Shown: positions 36,860 to 47,264, counted from the stretch's first letter. The stretch: DNA of 64,000 bases from Bacillota bacterium (GCA_009711765.1 VEND01000051.1:3972-67971); one strand, 5' to 3'. The notes: a model not told the origin generated them from the letters alone. Translations and numbers: made by a program.

Positions 36860-37708
36860 ATGAATATACAAAAGAAAAATATATTATGTAAAAAGGGTAG
36901 TGCAGATTTTAATGAGGATATGGCAACAATAACACCCCATGGCGCATGGATTATGGACGGTGCTACAGGACTTAATGGTAAAAATTTAGTAAGCGATAAA
37001 ACAGATGCCTTTTGGTATGTTAATTGGTGGAATGAATATTTAAAAAAACATATATCAACCGATAAAACTCCTGCAGAAATAATTAAAAGAGGTATTATTG
37101 AAATTAAAAAGACCTATAAAGAAATTACTAAAGATTTTAATGTTACTTCCCTAGATTTACCATCTAGTGGAATCATACTACTTAAATGGAAAGATGATAT
37201 TATAGAATATTGTTCTTTAGGAGACTGTACTTTATATATAAAGGATGGTTTTAATAGTTCAATAATAACTGACGATGCAATACCAAAATTAGATAATATT
37301 GTATATGAAAAAATGGATTATTTAATAAATGAAAAGAATATACCCAATACCGAGGCAAAAGAAGAAGTTATGGATATCATTAAGAAAAATCGGTTACTTA
37401 AAAATACATCTAAAGGTTATTGGATATTAGGATTTGATGAAAATGCTACAAAAAATGCTTTAAAGGGCAGGATTAAAGTAAAGGATGATGTAGAAATTAT
37501 GATGGTTTCTGATGGTTTTTCTGCATTGTATGATAAGTATAATTACATAGATATCCATAGGCTTTTTTCTAGGGTAAAAAACAATGAAATTAATGAACTA
37601 TATAATACCTTAAGAGATATAGAAAATGAGGATTTAAATATGATAAAATATCCTCGATTTAAAATTTCAGATGATGCATCTTGTATATATTTAAATTTAT
37701 CTTCTTAG
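36860..37708 (+). CDS. PP2C-like (PPM family) phosphatase domain protein
   Basis: FNED, MDGATG, MVSDGF and SDDAS acidic metal-site-like motifs spaced as in the PP2C_2-type domain. Assignment is tentative. Confidence 0.55.
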   Translation: MNIQKKNILCKKGSADFNEDMATITPHGAWIMDGATGLNGKNLVSDKTDAFWYVNWWNEYLKKHISTDKTPAEIIKRGIIEIKKTYKEITKDFNVTSLDLPSSGIILLKWKDDIIEYCSLGDCTLYIKDGFNSSIITDDAIPKLDNIVYEKMDYLINEKNIPNTEAKEEVMDIIKKNRLLKNTSKGYWILGFDENATKNALKGRIKVKDDVEIMMVSDGFSALYDKYNYIDIHRLFSRVKNNEINELYNTLRDIENEDLNMIKYPRFKISDDASCIYLNLSS

Positions 37709-39379
37709 TTTCATCATAAGTGATGCTAATATAGAAGTTATTACAATAATCAATACCCCATAGGCCATGGAAAGTCCTATTTCAAACTCATATAATGCAT
37801 TTACCATGGCTATGGATATGGGTTTATTTGCTACACCATAAAGTAAAGCTGAAGTGGTATATTCGCCTACACATCTTATAAACCCTAACACGGCACCAGC
37901 TATAATCCCTGGAGATATTATAGGTATAATTATCTTTTTAAAGGTGTTTTTCCAAGATGCTCCTAGAGTCTTAGAGGCATCTATTAATGTGTTGTTTAAA
38001 TTATTTAATGAAACACCAGTGGTTTTTACCATTAAAGGTATTATTCCTACAAAATAAGCCAATGGTAATAATATATATGTACCTACTAAAATATTGTTAC
38101 CAACAAATATATTAGGTTTGTTAAATCCGTTTATCATATTTATAGCTATGGTACTTGCAGGCATAGCCCAAGGTAATATAACTAATAATTCAAGTATTCC
38201 TTTAGCCTTAAATTTAGTTTTATTTATAATATAAGCACAGGGGACCCCTAATACTAGACTAAAGAATGTGGCCCAAAGAGACATACTTATACTATTTTTA
38301 AATGGAGCAAATACCCGGGATTTAGTAAATATTTTCATATAATTATCAAATCCAAATTCCTTAGGATATATATTAATCATCCATGTACCTGGTTTTACAA
38401 AGGAAAGTAAAAATATAGTTAATATAGGTAAAATTATAGTCAAGATTACAAAACCTGCTAGAGCCATATATATTTTTCTTTTTTTAGGATCTTTAATTTT
38501 AACTGGTCTTATGGCTTTTCCTTTTACAGACATTTCTATTTTAGTAGACCTTTCATAGTGCCTTAGTAGTGTTAAAAATACTAAACCTGTAAAAAGTAAA
38601 ATCATAACTTGAACTGAGGCAATTTCCATATAATTATTTGTTTTTGCTAAGAGTATCTGAGTACTAAGAACTTTATAATTATGACCTAATAAATTTGGTG
38701 CAGAAAAAGAACCTATACCTGACATAAAGGTAAGTATACTAGATGTAGCAAGGGCTGGTGTTATTGTAGGTAATATCACACTAGTAAATATTTTTAATTT
38801 AGAAGCACCTAAGTTTTTTGCAGCCTCTATTGTGGAATAATCTATATACCCTATTGAAACTGATACATTTAAATAAAAATATACATATTGGGTATATGCA
38901 TGGATAAATAATATTCCATAAAATCCTTTAAAGCTATAGGGATGTTTATCTAGATTAAATAGTAGTTCAATTGTACTAGTAATAAGTCCGCTTTCTCCAT
39001 ATAATTGTATAAAAGCGATAACTATTATTACACCTGGAATCATTATTGGAGTTAATAATAATTTATTTATAATATTATTATATTTAAAATCAAAATAATT
39101 TACATAAAAGGCTAATCCAGTACCTATTACACCACATACTAATACAGTTGCAAGCCCTAACTTTATGGTATTAACCACTACAGTAATATTGTTTTTATTT
39201 GAAAAAAAGTCCTTATAATATTTTAAAGTTAATCCATCCTGGGATTTTAAACTGCTAAGAAATGTATTAAAAGCAGGATAGAGAACAAATCCTATAAGTA
39301 TCCAAAAGACTCCTATATATATTATATGTTTTAAAATATCATTTTTAAAATATCTTATTACTCTATCCAATATAATCAC
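37697..39379 (-). CDS. ABC importer fused double permease (FbpB/ThiP/PotBC-like)
   Basis: 560 aa with two BPD-type permease modules, each about 6 TM. Confidence 0.85.
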   Translation of the reverse strand: MIILDRVIRYFKNDILKHIIYIGVFWILIGFVLYPAFNTFLSSLKSQDGLTLKYYKDFFSNKNNITVVVNTIKLGLATVLVCGVIGTGLAFYVNYFDFKYNNIINKLLLTPIMIPGVIIVIAFIQLYGESGLITSTIELLFNLDKHPYSFKGFYGILFIHAYTQYVYFYLNVSVSIGYIDYSTIEAAKNLGASKLKIFTSVILPTITPALATSSILTFMSGIGSFSAPNLLGHNYKVLSTQILLAKTNNYMEIASVQVMILLFTGLVFLTLLRHYERSTKIEMSVKGKAIRPVKIKDPKKRKIYMALAGFVILTIILPILTIFLLSFVKPGTWMINIYPKEFGFDNYMKIFTKSRVFAPFKNSISMSLWATFFSLVLGVPCAYIINKTKFKAKGILELLVILPWAMPASTIAINMINGFNKPNIFVGNNILVGTYILLPLAYFVGIIPLMVKTTGVSLNNLNNTLIDASKTLGASWKNTFKKIIIPIISPGIIAGAVLGFIRCVGEYTTSALLYGVANKPISIAMVNALYEFEIGLSMAYGVLIIVITSILASLMMKLRR

Positions 39380-39384
39380 CCTTT

Positions 39385-40422
39385 TTATAATACATTTATA
39401 GATTCCTTTGGTAAATGTATAAAAACATTTTCTCCATTATTAAAGGCATTATGGTTAAATGTGTTATTTAATACCCATATCTTTACTTTAATATTTTTAA
39501 GTTTACAAATATACTCTATAGTTGCTCCATTAAACTGAATATCTAATATATTAACCTTAAATTCATTTACTAAGTTTTTCTTTTTTCTATAAATCATAAT
39601 ATCTTGAGGTCTTATGGAAATATGGTTTCCCTTTTTTCCATCCTTTAATTTTAATATAATATTTTCATTAATAATTGCATCATTATTACTAATATTTACA
39701 TCATATAGGTTAGTTTCTCCTACAAATTTTGCTACAAAACTATTTTTAGGATTTCTATAAATATCAACGGGGGCTCCTACCTGCATACAATTACCCATAT
39801 TAAATATAGCTATTTTATCTGACATAGATAAAGCCTCGGATTGGTCATGGGTTACAAATATTGTTGTGATTCCTAACTTTTTTTGCAATTCTTTTATTTC
39901 TAATCTCATTTTATCCCTTAGTCTAGCATCTAGATTTGATAATGGTTCATCAAGTAAAAGCACTTCTGGCTCAGTTATTACAGATCTTGCTAAAGCTACT
40001 CTTTGTTGTTCTCCTCCAGATAATTGTGTAATATTTCTATTATCATATCCTGAAAGATTTACTAAGTTTAAATAACTTTTTACTTTATTTTTTATCTTTT
40101 TTTTATTTACACCTTTAAGTTTAAGTCCATAGGCTATATTCTCAAATACTGTCATATTAGGAAATAATGCATAGTTTTGAAATACCATACCCACTTTTCT
40201 TTTTTCTGCTGATAAATGAGAAATATCTTCACCTTTTAAATATACCTTTCCCTTCTGGTGGATCTCTAAACCTGCTATTATCCTAAGTAATGTAGTTTTC
40301 CCACAACCAGAAGGACCTAGGAATGTAAAAAATTCCCCTTTATTTATTTTAAGGGTTATATCTTTAAGGACTTCTTTATTTCCATAAATTTTTCTTATAT
40401 TTTTTAATAATACTTCGCCCAT
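39385..40422 (-). CDS. ABC importer ATPase (PotA/FbpC-like with C-terminal TOBE-like domain)
   Basis: Walker A GPSGCGKTT, signature LSGGEQQRV, Walker B LLLDEP and H-loop FVTHDQ. Confidence 0.9.
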   Translation of the reverse strand: MGEVLLKNIRKIYGNKEVLKDITLKINKGEFFTFLGPSGCGKTTLLRIIAGLEIHQKGKVYLKGEDISHLSAEKRKVGMVFQNYALFPNMTVFENIAYGLKLKGVNKKKIKNKVKSYLNLVNLSGYDNRNITQLSGGEQQRVALARSVITEPEVLLLDEPLSNLDARLRDKMRLEIKELQKKLGITTIFVTHDQSEALSMSDKIAIFNMGNCMQVGAPVDIYRNPKNSFVAKFVGETNLYDVNISNNDAIINENIILKLKDGKKGNHISIRPQDIMIYRKKKNLVNEFKVNILDIQFNGATIEYICKLKNIKVKIWVLNNTFNHNAFNNGENVFIHLPKESINVL

Positions 40423-40479
40423 AATTACCTCACTTTCAAAAAAACATAATGGGGAGTTTCCTCCCCATTATAAGAATTA

Positions 40480-41535
40480 TTATTCTGCTTCGATTTCAGA
40501 AGCCCATTTTTGTATCCACTCTGACTCTTTTTTAGATACAACGGACCAATCTACATCCATTACCTTGTATTCAGCTTCCTTCATCCATGCTTTACCATTT
40601 TCTATTGCCTTTGGATGGGTAGGTAATCTATTAAATTTATTAGCAAGTTCTGCTTGTATTTCAGGACTTCCAACAAAATCTACAAATGCTTTAGCTGCAT
40701 TCATATGTTTAGCTCCCTTAATAACTGCCACTGCATCTGTTATTACAGGAGAACCACTTTTTGCATCTACTATAGATAAGGGTAAATTATTTTTTTCTTT
40801 GTTATCAATTATTGAATTTAATACAGAAAAACTAACGGCTCCTTCTTTACGACCTATAGCTTGAAATTGTAATGAGCCACTACCATAATATCCTTTTACA
40901 TTATCATCAAATTCGTTGATGAAATTCCAACCTTCTTCCATATTATCATCTTTATAATACTGATACAATAGACTAGCAATAGTAGCCCTAGCTGAAGAAG
41001 ATAATGAGTTTCTAGAAAGAACATTATTTTTATACTTTGGATTAGCTAAATCTGACCAATCCTTTGGAGCTTCTTTTTCACTTAACATTTCATTATTATA
41101 AAATAGCATTACAGGAGTTTGAATGGTACCTGTCCAATATCCTTCTTCGTCTTTAAAAATATCTTTTATATCATTTGACCAAGCTGGCACGTATTTTTCA
41201 AATAAATCATCTTTTTTCATATCAATAAATAATGAAGATGCGCCTCCAAACATAACATCTGATTGAGGATTTTCCTTTTCTGCTCTAACTCTATCTGCTA
41301 ATTCTCCTCTAAGGTTTATAAATTCTACCTTTACACCTGTCTTTTCTTCAAATTTTCCAGATACATACTCTAATAAATCCTCAGGATGAGTAGAGTATAC
41401 AACTATTTTTTCCTCTAATTCTGTATTTTCTTCATTTTTCTCACTATCTTTATTTTCTGTAACGTCATTACTATTACAAGCAGCTAAACTAAATGCAAGT
41501 AACATAACCAACAATAAACTTATAAATCTTTTCAT
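40480..41535 (-). CDS. ABC importer substrate-binding lipoprotein (family 1 solute-binding, Fe3+/polyamine/thiamine-type)
   Basis: Lipobox LAACN and an acidic linker. First gene of the minus-strand three-gene operon. The ligand cannot be determined from sequence alone. Confidence 0.8.
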   Translation of the reverse strand: MKRFISLLLVMLLAFSLAACNSNDVTENKDSEKNEENTELEEKIVVYSTHPEDLLEYVSGKFEEKTGVKVEFINLRGELADRVRAEKENPQSDVMFGGASSLFIDMKKDDLFEKYVPAWSNDIKDIFKDEEGYWTGTIQTPVMLFYNNEMLSEKEAPKDWSDLANPKYKNNVLSRNSLSSSARATIASLLYQYYKDDNMEEGWNFINEFDDNVKGYYGSGSLQFQAIGRKEGAVSFSVLNSIIDNKEKNNLPLSIVDAKSGSPVITDAVAVIKGAKHMNAAKAFVDFVGSPEIQAELANKFNRLPTHPKAIENGKAWMKEAEYKVMDVDWSVVSKKESEWIQKWASEIEAE

Positions 41536-41826
41536 AATAAATCCTCCTTAGTTTTATTAAATTCTCAATCTACCGTCAACATATTATCAAAGCCTTAATA
41601 GAAGTGTCAATAAAAATAGCATTATATATAAAATATCAATAATCTAACCTTTTAATATAGTATTTTTAAATAATAATTCTAAACATGTACTTAAATTATT
41701 TGATTAAAAATAAACAAAAAGTCATATTATTTTAAAAAAACTTTGTTTTTTCATAACATTTATAGTAAAATATAACAGTGGTTAAATTTTACTAAGGTAA
41801 TATGTAAAGGTATGGGAGGTTAAAAT

Positions 41827-42381
41827 TTGAAAAGGGGTATGTTTTTTTTAGTTTTAATTTTGTTTCTTTTTATGGTTGGTTGTAATCAAAATGAAGAGAC
41901 TAAAGATTCATTTAATGAAAACTTAGATTCTTATAGTAAAGACATTGAAATTTCTGAAAAAAAAGATAATTCAAAGAAAGATAATGAGCTTGATAATAAA
42001 GATAATAAAAACTCATTAGATAAATTTGGTAAAAGAGAAAAAAGTTATTTTGAAAAATATTTAGGAAAATGGCTTTTAGAAGAAGATAAATCTTATTTAT
42101 TAGAGATTGATAAAAATGTACATAAAGTAGGGATAGAAGGATCTGAGTATTTATCTTTTACTGAATTTGAAATTAAGGAGATTAATATAAACGAAGGATA
42201 TATTATATTAAAGGGAATGAGATATTATCCTACGGATTTCCCTGATGAAATTAAAGAAAATGCTAAGAAAGAAGAAGTAAATAGTAAGATATTTTTGTAT
42301 GATGAAGAAAAGAAATTAAAATATGTGGCTGATTATAATAGTGAAGATAAAGTTATAAGTATATGGATAAAGAGTAAATAA
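41827..42381 (+). CDS. Hypothetical lipoprotein
   Basis: TTG start behind GGGAGG, lipobox FMVGC, Asp/Lys-rich linker. No family recognised. Confidence 0.6.
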   Translation: MKRGMFFLVLILFLFMVGCNQNEETKDSFNENLDSYSKDIEISEKKDNSKKDNELDNKDNKNSLDKFGKREKSYFEKYLGKWLLEEDKSYLLEIDKNVHKVGIEGSEYLSFTEFEIKEININEGYIILKGMRYYPTDFPDEIKENAKKEEVNSKIFLYDEEKKLKYVADYNSEDKVISIWIKSK

Positions 42382-42383
42382 TA

Positions 42384-42417
42384 AAACCCCAAAGGAGGTA
42401 CATCCTTTGGGGTTTTT
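42384..42417 (+). terminator. Intrinsic terminator
   Basis: aaaaccccaaagga-ggtaca-tcctttggggtttt. Confidence 0.8.
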
Positions 42418-42505
42418 ATTTACTAAAATACAGGTTTTTAAAGCCGCGTCCTAAAATTTCAGAGGTATCTAGAATTGACATAAATAAATTTTCATCCGAA
42501 GAAAA
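42416..42505 (-). pseudogene. Remnant of the 3' end of a YitT-family (DUF2179) gene
   Basis: The minus-strand translation ..SDENLFMSILDTSEILGRGFKNLYFSK* parallels the C-terminus of the intact gene at 43922 (..DKNSFMSILDTSEILGHGFKKPVF*). An in-frame stop lies just upstream, and no N-terminal part is present. Confidence 0.7.
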
Positions 42506-42735
42506 AGCATATAATGGAAATCAAATGATAGAGATTTAAGATTAGAATAGATTAATTTTAATAATATCAGTAGAAGTTAAAGTTTTAAATTAGCGGGTAG
42601 CTAAGTTAGTTGTATATGACTAACTGATAAAAATGGATAGATAGGGCAAACTATGAATATTATTTATGTGGAAATTGTGTAAGGAAAGAAAAAAATGTAT
42701 TAACTAATAAATCAATTTAAAAATGGAGAAGTGAA

Positions 42736-43299
42736 ATGAAAAAAGACACAAATGCTTATAAAAATGACTATTTACAGTTCTATATAAGAAAACCAGATGA
42801 TTGGTTATTTGTACCACAGAAGTGGGCAACAAATTTCAAAAAAAATAGTATTGAAAATACACCAGAATTGAAAGAAGTACTAGAAAAGGGAGTTGTTCCA
42901 TTTGTTTTTTTCTATAAATATCATGATAATACTGATTATCCTTATCCCACAGTTCAATGTGGGTGTCGCTTAATGAATTGTCCCTATGATTATACAAAAA
43001 AGAAACACATGGATTTCCTTCTTGATGGTTTAGGTAAGATGTTTAATAATATTGAAATAATTGAATTAAACTCTAATTTTATTATTTCAGGGATTACAAG
43101 CATCTATATTAAAATGAAATATCAAATAAATAATGTTTATAATGAACCTATTGATTGCCTTGGTAGAAGTATACAAGTTGTAAATAATTATAAAACCTTT
43201 ACCATAGGATTGACAGGGAGTTTAGAAGGCAAATACAACTGTGAGGATGAGTTTGAAGATATTATTCATTCAATAAAGATAGGTAATAAGGTAAAATAG
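42736..43299 (+). CDS. Hypothetical protein
   Basis: 187-aa ORF behind GGAGAAG. No signal peptide and no recognised motif. Confidence 0.55.
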   Translation: MKKDTNAYKNDYLQFYIRKPDDWLFVPQKWATNFKKNSIENTPELKEVLEKGVVPFVFFYKYHDNTDYPYPTVQCGCRLMNCPYDYTKKKHMDFLLDGLGKMFNNIEIIELNSNFIISGITSIYIKMKYQINNVYNEPIDCLGRSIQVVNNYKTFTIGLTGSLEGKYNCEDEFEDIIHSIKIGNKVK

Positions 43300-43355
43300 T
43301 AGGTTATTATTATCACATAGAAGGATTTTAGAGACTATCATATTTGGAGGTGAAA

Positions 43356-43886
43356 ATGAATAAAAACTTTTTAAATATCTTTATTGGAGTTATTTTAATT
43401 GTAATTTTTATTATATTTATTAAAAATATTGTTCCTGAGTCAGTGAAGGTTAAAAACTTAGTAAGACCAAATCCTACAGAGTTAGAAATAATGAAAGAAA
43501 ATAGATTTGTTACTTACACGGATAAAAAAGAGATAAGTAAATTCTCTAGGTTAATAGAAAATAAAATAGCTATAAAAGTAAGTGAAGATATTCAAAAGGA
43601 AGTTGAAGATAAAAGTTTTATATCATTTGAGTATGGCTATAAAGGAAATTCCATGTTGGTTGATAATAAGGGAAGAATTATTATATATGTATCTAAGAAT
43701 CAGATACGGAAGAAATCAACACTACACTGGATTTGGTGGAAAATAGATAATTTCTTTGGAGACAATAAGGTATACTTAGTCTATTTAGTTAAAGAAGATA
43801 AAGCGATATTTAATCAAATAAAAAAAATAAAAGAGCTTCCTGAAAGTGAAAATTTAGGAATTTTTATAAAAGAAACCCAAAAATAG
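43356..43886 (+). CDS. Hypothetical membrane-anchored protein
   Basis: ATG 43356 lies behind GGAGGTG. There is a single N-terminal TM helix (FLNIFIGVILIVIFIIFI). Confidence 0.55.
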   Translation: MNKNFLNIFIGVILIVIFIIFIKNIVPESVKVKNLVRPNPTELEIMKENRFVTYTDKKEISKFSRLIENKIAIKVSEDIQKEVEDKSFISFEYGYKGNSMLVDNKGRIIIYVSKNQIRKKSTLHWIWWKIDNFFGDNKVYLVYLVKEDKAIFNQIKKIKELPESENLGIFIKETQK

Positions 43887-43921
43887 TTTTTTCTTGGGTT
43901 TGTTTTATTTAAAATTTATAT

Positions 43922-44779
43922 TTAAAATACAGGCTTTTTAAAGCCATGTCCTAAAATTTCAGAAGTATCTAATATAGACATAAAGGAGTTTTTATCGGTA
44001 TCCTCTACTATTTTTTTTACCTTTGCAAGCTGTCTTTTAGTTACAACACAATATATTATTTTTCTTCTTTTTCTAGTATAGGCTCCTGCTCCATCTAAAA
44101 ATGTAACTCCCCTATTGATTTCATCTATTATAGCATTTGAAACTGTGTCTTCATGTTTTGTAACTATTAGTAATAGTTTTTTAGTATCTAAACCAGTTAG
44201 TATTTTATTAGCCACTGTACTTGATATAAACATACCTATAAGGGTATATATAGCTAAAACATAACTACTTATAAATGAACCTACTAAAACTATCACAACA
44301 TTCATTGAAAATAAAAGTGAAGGTACACTTATTTCAAATTGTTTTTTTAATAGAATAGATACAATATCAGTACCACCTGTGGAAGCTCTCATTCTAAATA
44401 TTATTCCTGTGCCTAAGCCTGTAAATAAACCTCCATAAATGGCCGATGCTAGTATGTCATTAATTCTAGCTACATTACTTAAGGGCTCAGTTAATACTAA
44501 GAATCCTGATAAAGAAAGCATACCAACTAAACTTATAAATGCAAAATTCTTATCTATTTTTTTAGTACCTAAAATAAAGATAGGAATATTAATTAAAAAT
44601 ACAATAATACCTGTTGGGATATTAGTTAAATACTTAAGAATTATAGCAATACCAGCAACTCCCCCAGCTAATAGCTTATGGGGTATTATAAATGTATTTA
44701 TACCAACTGAGAGTATAAGGGTACCAATAATTACTCCGAATAATCTTTTTAACATTTCTTTAGAAATTAATCTTTGCAA
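43922..44779 (-). CDS. YitT family membrane protein (DUF2179 C-terminal domain)
   Basis: Five-TM N-part with GGVAGIA and GGTD patterns plus a soluble DUF2179-like C-terminus. TTG start behind GGAGG. Confidence 0.85.
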   Translation of the reverse strand: MQRLISKEMLKRLFGVIIGTLILSVGINTFIIPHKLLAGGVAGIAIILKYLTNIPTGIIVFLINIPIFILGTKKIDKNFAFISLVGMLSLSGFLVLTEPLSNVARINDILASAIYGGLFTGLGTGIIFRMRASTGGTDIVSILLKKQFEISVPSLLFSMNVVIVLVGSFISSYVLAIYTLIGMFISSTVANKILTGLDTKKLLLIVTKHEDTVSNAIIDEINRGVTFLDGAGAYTRKRRKIIYCVVTKRQLAKVKKIVEDTDKNSFMSILDTSEILGHGFKKPVF

Positions 44780-44974
44780 AGTAAAACCTCCAAACTCAAG
44801 TAATTATATTTCACATTTACCCAGTATAGCATACACTAAAAGGATTTTAAACCGTTTAACATAATTTTAAAATAACAAAATATTGCAATGAACTTAGGAT
44901 GATTTTATTGGAAATAAATTAAATTAATTGTAATTATATGATATAATTTATAATAGTTTTAAGGAGTTGATAAT

Positions 44975-45586
44975 ATGAAAAAGAAAAGGAAAAAGACATT
45001 TAAAAGTTCATTTATAGAATGGAGTCTTTCATTAGGACTTGCTATAGTTATTGCTTTATTTATTAGAGGAAATGTATTTGCAGTATCACAGGTTAAAGAA
45101 CACTCCATGGAAAATACTTTCTTTGAAGGACAAAGGGTTATCGAATTAAAAATAAACCCCTTTAGACTTAATCCTAAAAGGGGTGATGTTATTATATTAC
45201 ATAAGAAAAAAGAAAAAGATGATATATTTACAAACACAATAATAGAAGCAGAAGAGATAATTAATAATTTTTTCTTAAAAAAAATAGAAAAAAATCATTT
45301 AATAAAAAGGGTCATAGGAGTACCGGGAGATGTTATTGATATAAAAAATGGATACCTTTATTTAAATGGAGTTAAGAAAAAAGAAATGTATATCAAAGGT
45401 AAAACCTATGAAAATGATAGTTTTATAGATTTTCCAGTAAAGGTACCTAAAAACTCTTATTTTGTAATGGGAGATAATAGAGAGGTTAGTTTAGATAGTA
45501 GACAGTTAGGTTTTATATTAAATAAACAGATAGAAGGTAAAGTAATTTATAGAATTTGGCCTATCAATAAATTAAAACCATTCTAA
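44975..45586 (+). CDS. lepB: Signal peptidase I
   Basis: N-terminal TM, catalytic Ser box (HSMENTF), Lys box (KRVIGVPGD) and GDNREVSLDSR. Confidence 0.85.
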   Translation: MKKKRKKTFKSSFIEWSLSLGLAIVIALFIRGNVFAVSQVKEHSMENTFFEGQRVIELKINPFRLNPKRGDVIILHKKKEKDDIFTNTIIEAEEIINNFFLKKIEKNHLIKRVIGVPGDVIDIKNGYLYLNGVKKKEMYIKGKTYENDSFIDFPVKVPKNSYFVMGDNREVSLDSRQLGFILNKQIEGKVIYRIWPINKLKPF

Positions 45587-45627
45587 TAAAGATTAAAATA
45601 TTTTAATGAAATAAAAATACTTAAGTC

Positions 45628-45656
45628 TTGACAAAGACATATTCTAGTAGTAAACT
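45628..45656 (+). promoter_or_regulatory. Sigma-A type promoter of the pyr operon
   Basis: TTGACA, then a 17-nt spacer, then TAAACT. Confidence 0.55.
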
Positions 45657-45670
45657 TTTTATAAAGATAT

Positions 45671-45704
45671 AATATCTTTAATCTGATCCAGAGAGGTCGG
45701 GAAG
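45671..45704 (+). promoter_or_regulatory. PyrR-binding RNA element 1 (anti-antiterminator)
   Basis: ctttaatctGATCCAGAGAGGTC matches the PyrR binding-loop consensus (A/G)UCCAGAGAGG(C/U)U. The downstream cgggaagg can pair with ccttccc of the terminator. Confidence 0.75.
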
Positions 45705-45780
45705 GTATTGTGGTTGATAGTGCTTAAAGAGGAAGTACTATATCTAAAAGCATATAAAAAATCACAAAATTAGACTTTAA

Positions 45781-45811
45781 CCCTTCCCAAATCTATGGGA
45801 AGGTTTTTTTT
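45781..45811 (+). terminator. pyr leader attenuator terminator
   Basis: cccttccca-aatcta-tgggaagg followed by T8. Confidence 0.8.
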
Positions 45812-45871
45812 ATAACAAGTATATAAAACCTTTAATTGATAAAAAATATAATTGATTAAAGGGAAAATTAA

Positions 45872-45900
45872 ATAGCCTTTAATCTAGTCCAGAGAGGCTA
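45872..45900 (+). promoter_or_regulatory. PyrR-binding RNA element 2, abutting the pyrB Shine-Dalgarno
   Basis: agcctttaatctAGTCCAGAGAGGCT, with the agcct/aggct stem, lies 4 nt before AAAGGAGG and ATG 45917. No terminator follows it. Confidence 0.7.
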
Positions 45901-45916
45901 AAAAGGAGGAATAAAT

Positions 45917-46840
45917 ATGTTAAAAGGAAGACATCTTATTGAGCCTAAGGATTTTTCCTTAGAAGAGTTAGACGAAATATTTACATTAGCAGAAGAAATA
46001 ATTGAAAATCCAAGGGATTACTTAGAAGTTTGTAAGGGTAAATTACTAGGATCCTTATTTTATGAACCATCTACTAGAACTAGATTTAGTTTTGAAGCGG
46101 CGATGTTAAGGCTAGGAGGTCAAGTAGTTGGTTTTTCTGAAGCAGGCAGTTCTTCAGTATCTAAGGGAGAAAGCATTTCTGATACTATAAAAACAGTGGG
46201 CTGTTATACAGATATAGCTGTTATGAGACATCCTAAAGAAGGTGCACCTAAACTTGCTAGTAAAAATTCTGACATACCTGTTATTAATGCTGGTGATGGA
46301 GGTCATCAACATCCAACACAAACACTTACTGATTTATTAACTATTAAAGCTTTAAAAAAAGACTTATCTAATCACACCATAGGCCTATGTGGTGACTTGA
46401 TGTTTGGACGAACAGTTCATTCATTAGTAAAAGCAATGTCAAGATATGAAAATATTAAGTTCGTATTCATTTCCCCCCCTGAACTTAAAATTCCAGATTA
46501 TATAAAAAATGAATTAAAAGATAATAACTATTATGAGACAAGTGATATAGAAGCTGCCATAGAGGATTTAGACATACTTTATATGACTAGAGTACAAAGA
46601 GAGAGATTCTTAAATGAAGAGGAATATTTAAGACTTAAAAATAGTTATATTCTAAATAATGAAAAACTAAAAAATGCTAAAGAGGATATGATTATAATGC
46701 ATCCACTACCTAGGGTTAATGAAATCCATACTGAGGTTGATAATGATAAAAGGGCAGTTTATTTTAAACAGGCTAGATATGGAATGTTTGTAAGAATGGC
46801 ATTAATAATGAAACTTTTGGGGGTAGATAAGAATGCTTAA
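45917..46840 (+). CDS. pyrB: Aspartate carbamoyltransferase catalytic subunit
   Basis: [19 protein letters not shown] and HPLPR motifs. Confidence 0.95.
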   Translation: MLKGRHLIEPKDFSLEELDEIFTLAEEIIENPRDYLEVCKGKLLGSLFYEPSTRTRFSFEAAMLRLGGQVVGFSEAGSSSVSKGESISDTIKTVGCYTDIAVMRHPKEGAPKLASKNSDIPVINAGDGGHQHPTQTLTDLLTIKALKKDLSNHTIGLCGDLMFGRTVHSLVKAMSRYENIKFVFISPPELKIPDYIKNELKDNNYYETSDIEAAIEDLDILYMTRVQRERFLNEEEYLRLKNSYILNNEKLKNAKEDMIIMHPLPRVNEIHTEVDNDKRAVYFKQARYGMFVRMALIMKLLGVDKNA

Positions 46841-47255
46841 TATAGATAGTATAAAAAAGGGAATAGTAATAGATCATATAAAAGCAGGTTGTGGTTATAA
46901 AATATTTAAAGAATTAAAACTACATAAGGCAGATTATACAGTAGCCCTTATAAAAAATGTTCCAAGTAAACAGTTAGGAAAAAAGGATTTAATAAAAATA
47001 GAAAATGAAATAGATTTAGATTTTAAAGTTTTAGGAATAATAGATCCTAATATAACTATAAATATCATAAAAAATGAAGAGATAATAGATAAAATAAATG
47101 TTAAGTTACCTAAAAAGGTAAAGGGAACACTGAAATGTAAAAATCCAAGATGTGTAACTACAGTGGAGAATATAGAAGATGTGGAATTTACATTAGTAAA
47201 TAGAGAAACAAAGGAATATAAGTGTGAATATTGTGATACAAATACTTCCATCTAG
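46833..47255 (+). CDS. pyrI: Aspartate carbamoyltransferase regulatory subunit
   Basis: 140 aa with I..G.VIDHI and the C-terminal Zn site CKNPRC...CEYC. Confidence 0.9.
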   Translation: MLNIDSIKKGIVIDHIKAGCGYKIFKELKLHKADYTVALIKNVPSKQLGKKDLIKIENEIDLDFKVLGIIDPNITINIIKNEEIIDKINVKLPKKVKGTLKCKNPRCVTTVENIEDVEFTLVNRETKEYKCEYCDTNTSI

Positions 47256-47264
47256 GAGGGTAAT

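Noticed and set aside
37697-37708. 12-nt overlap of the 3' ends of the convergent PP2C-like gene and the ABC permease gene.
   Set aside because: Short convergent overlaps are common in compact genomes. No hairpin or other feature suggests a special function.
41536-41826. 291-nt region upstream of the minus-strand ABC importer, examined for a riboswitch or regulatory RNA.
   Set aside because: No conserved riboswitch core motifs or stable extended structure were recognised by eye. It is AT-rich promoter-like sequence only.
44439-45237. ORFs 44439-44864 (+) and 44959-45237 (-), overlapping yitT and the signal peptidase gene.
   Set aside because: They are antisense to genes with clear family motifs, and no independent support was found.
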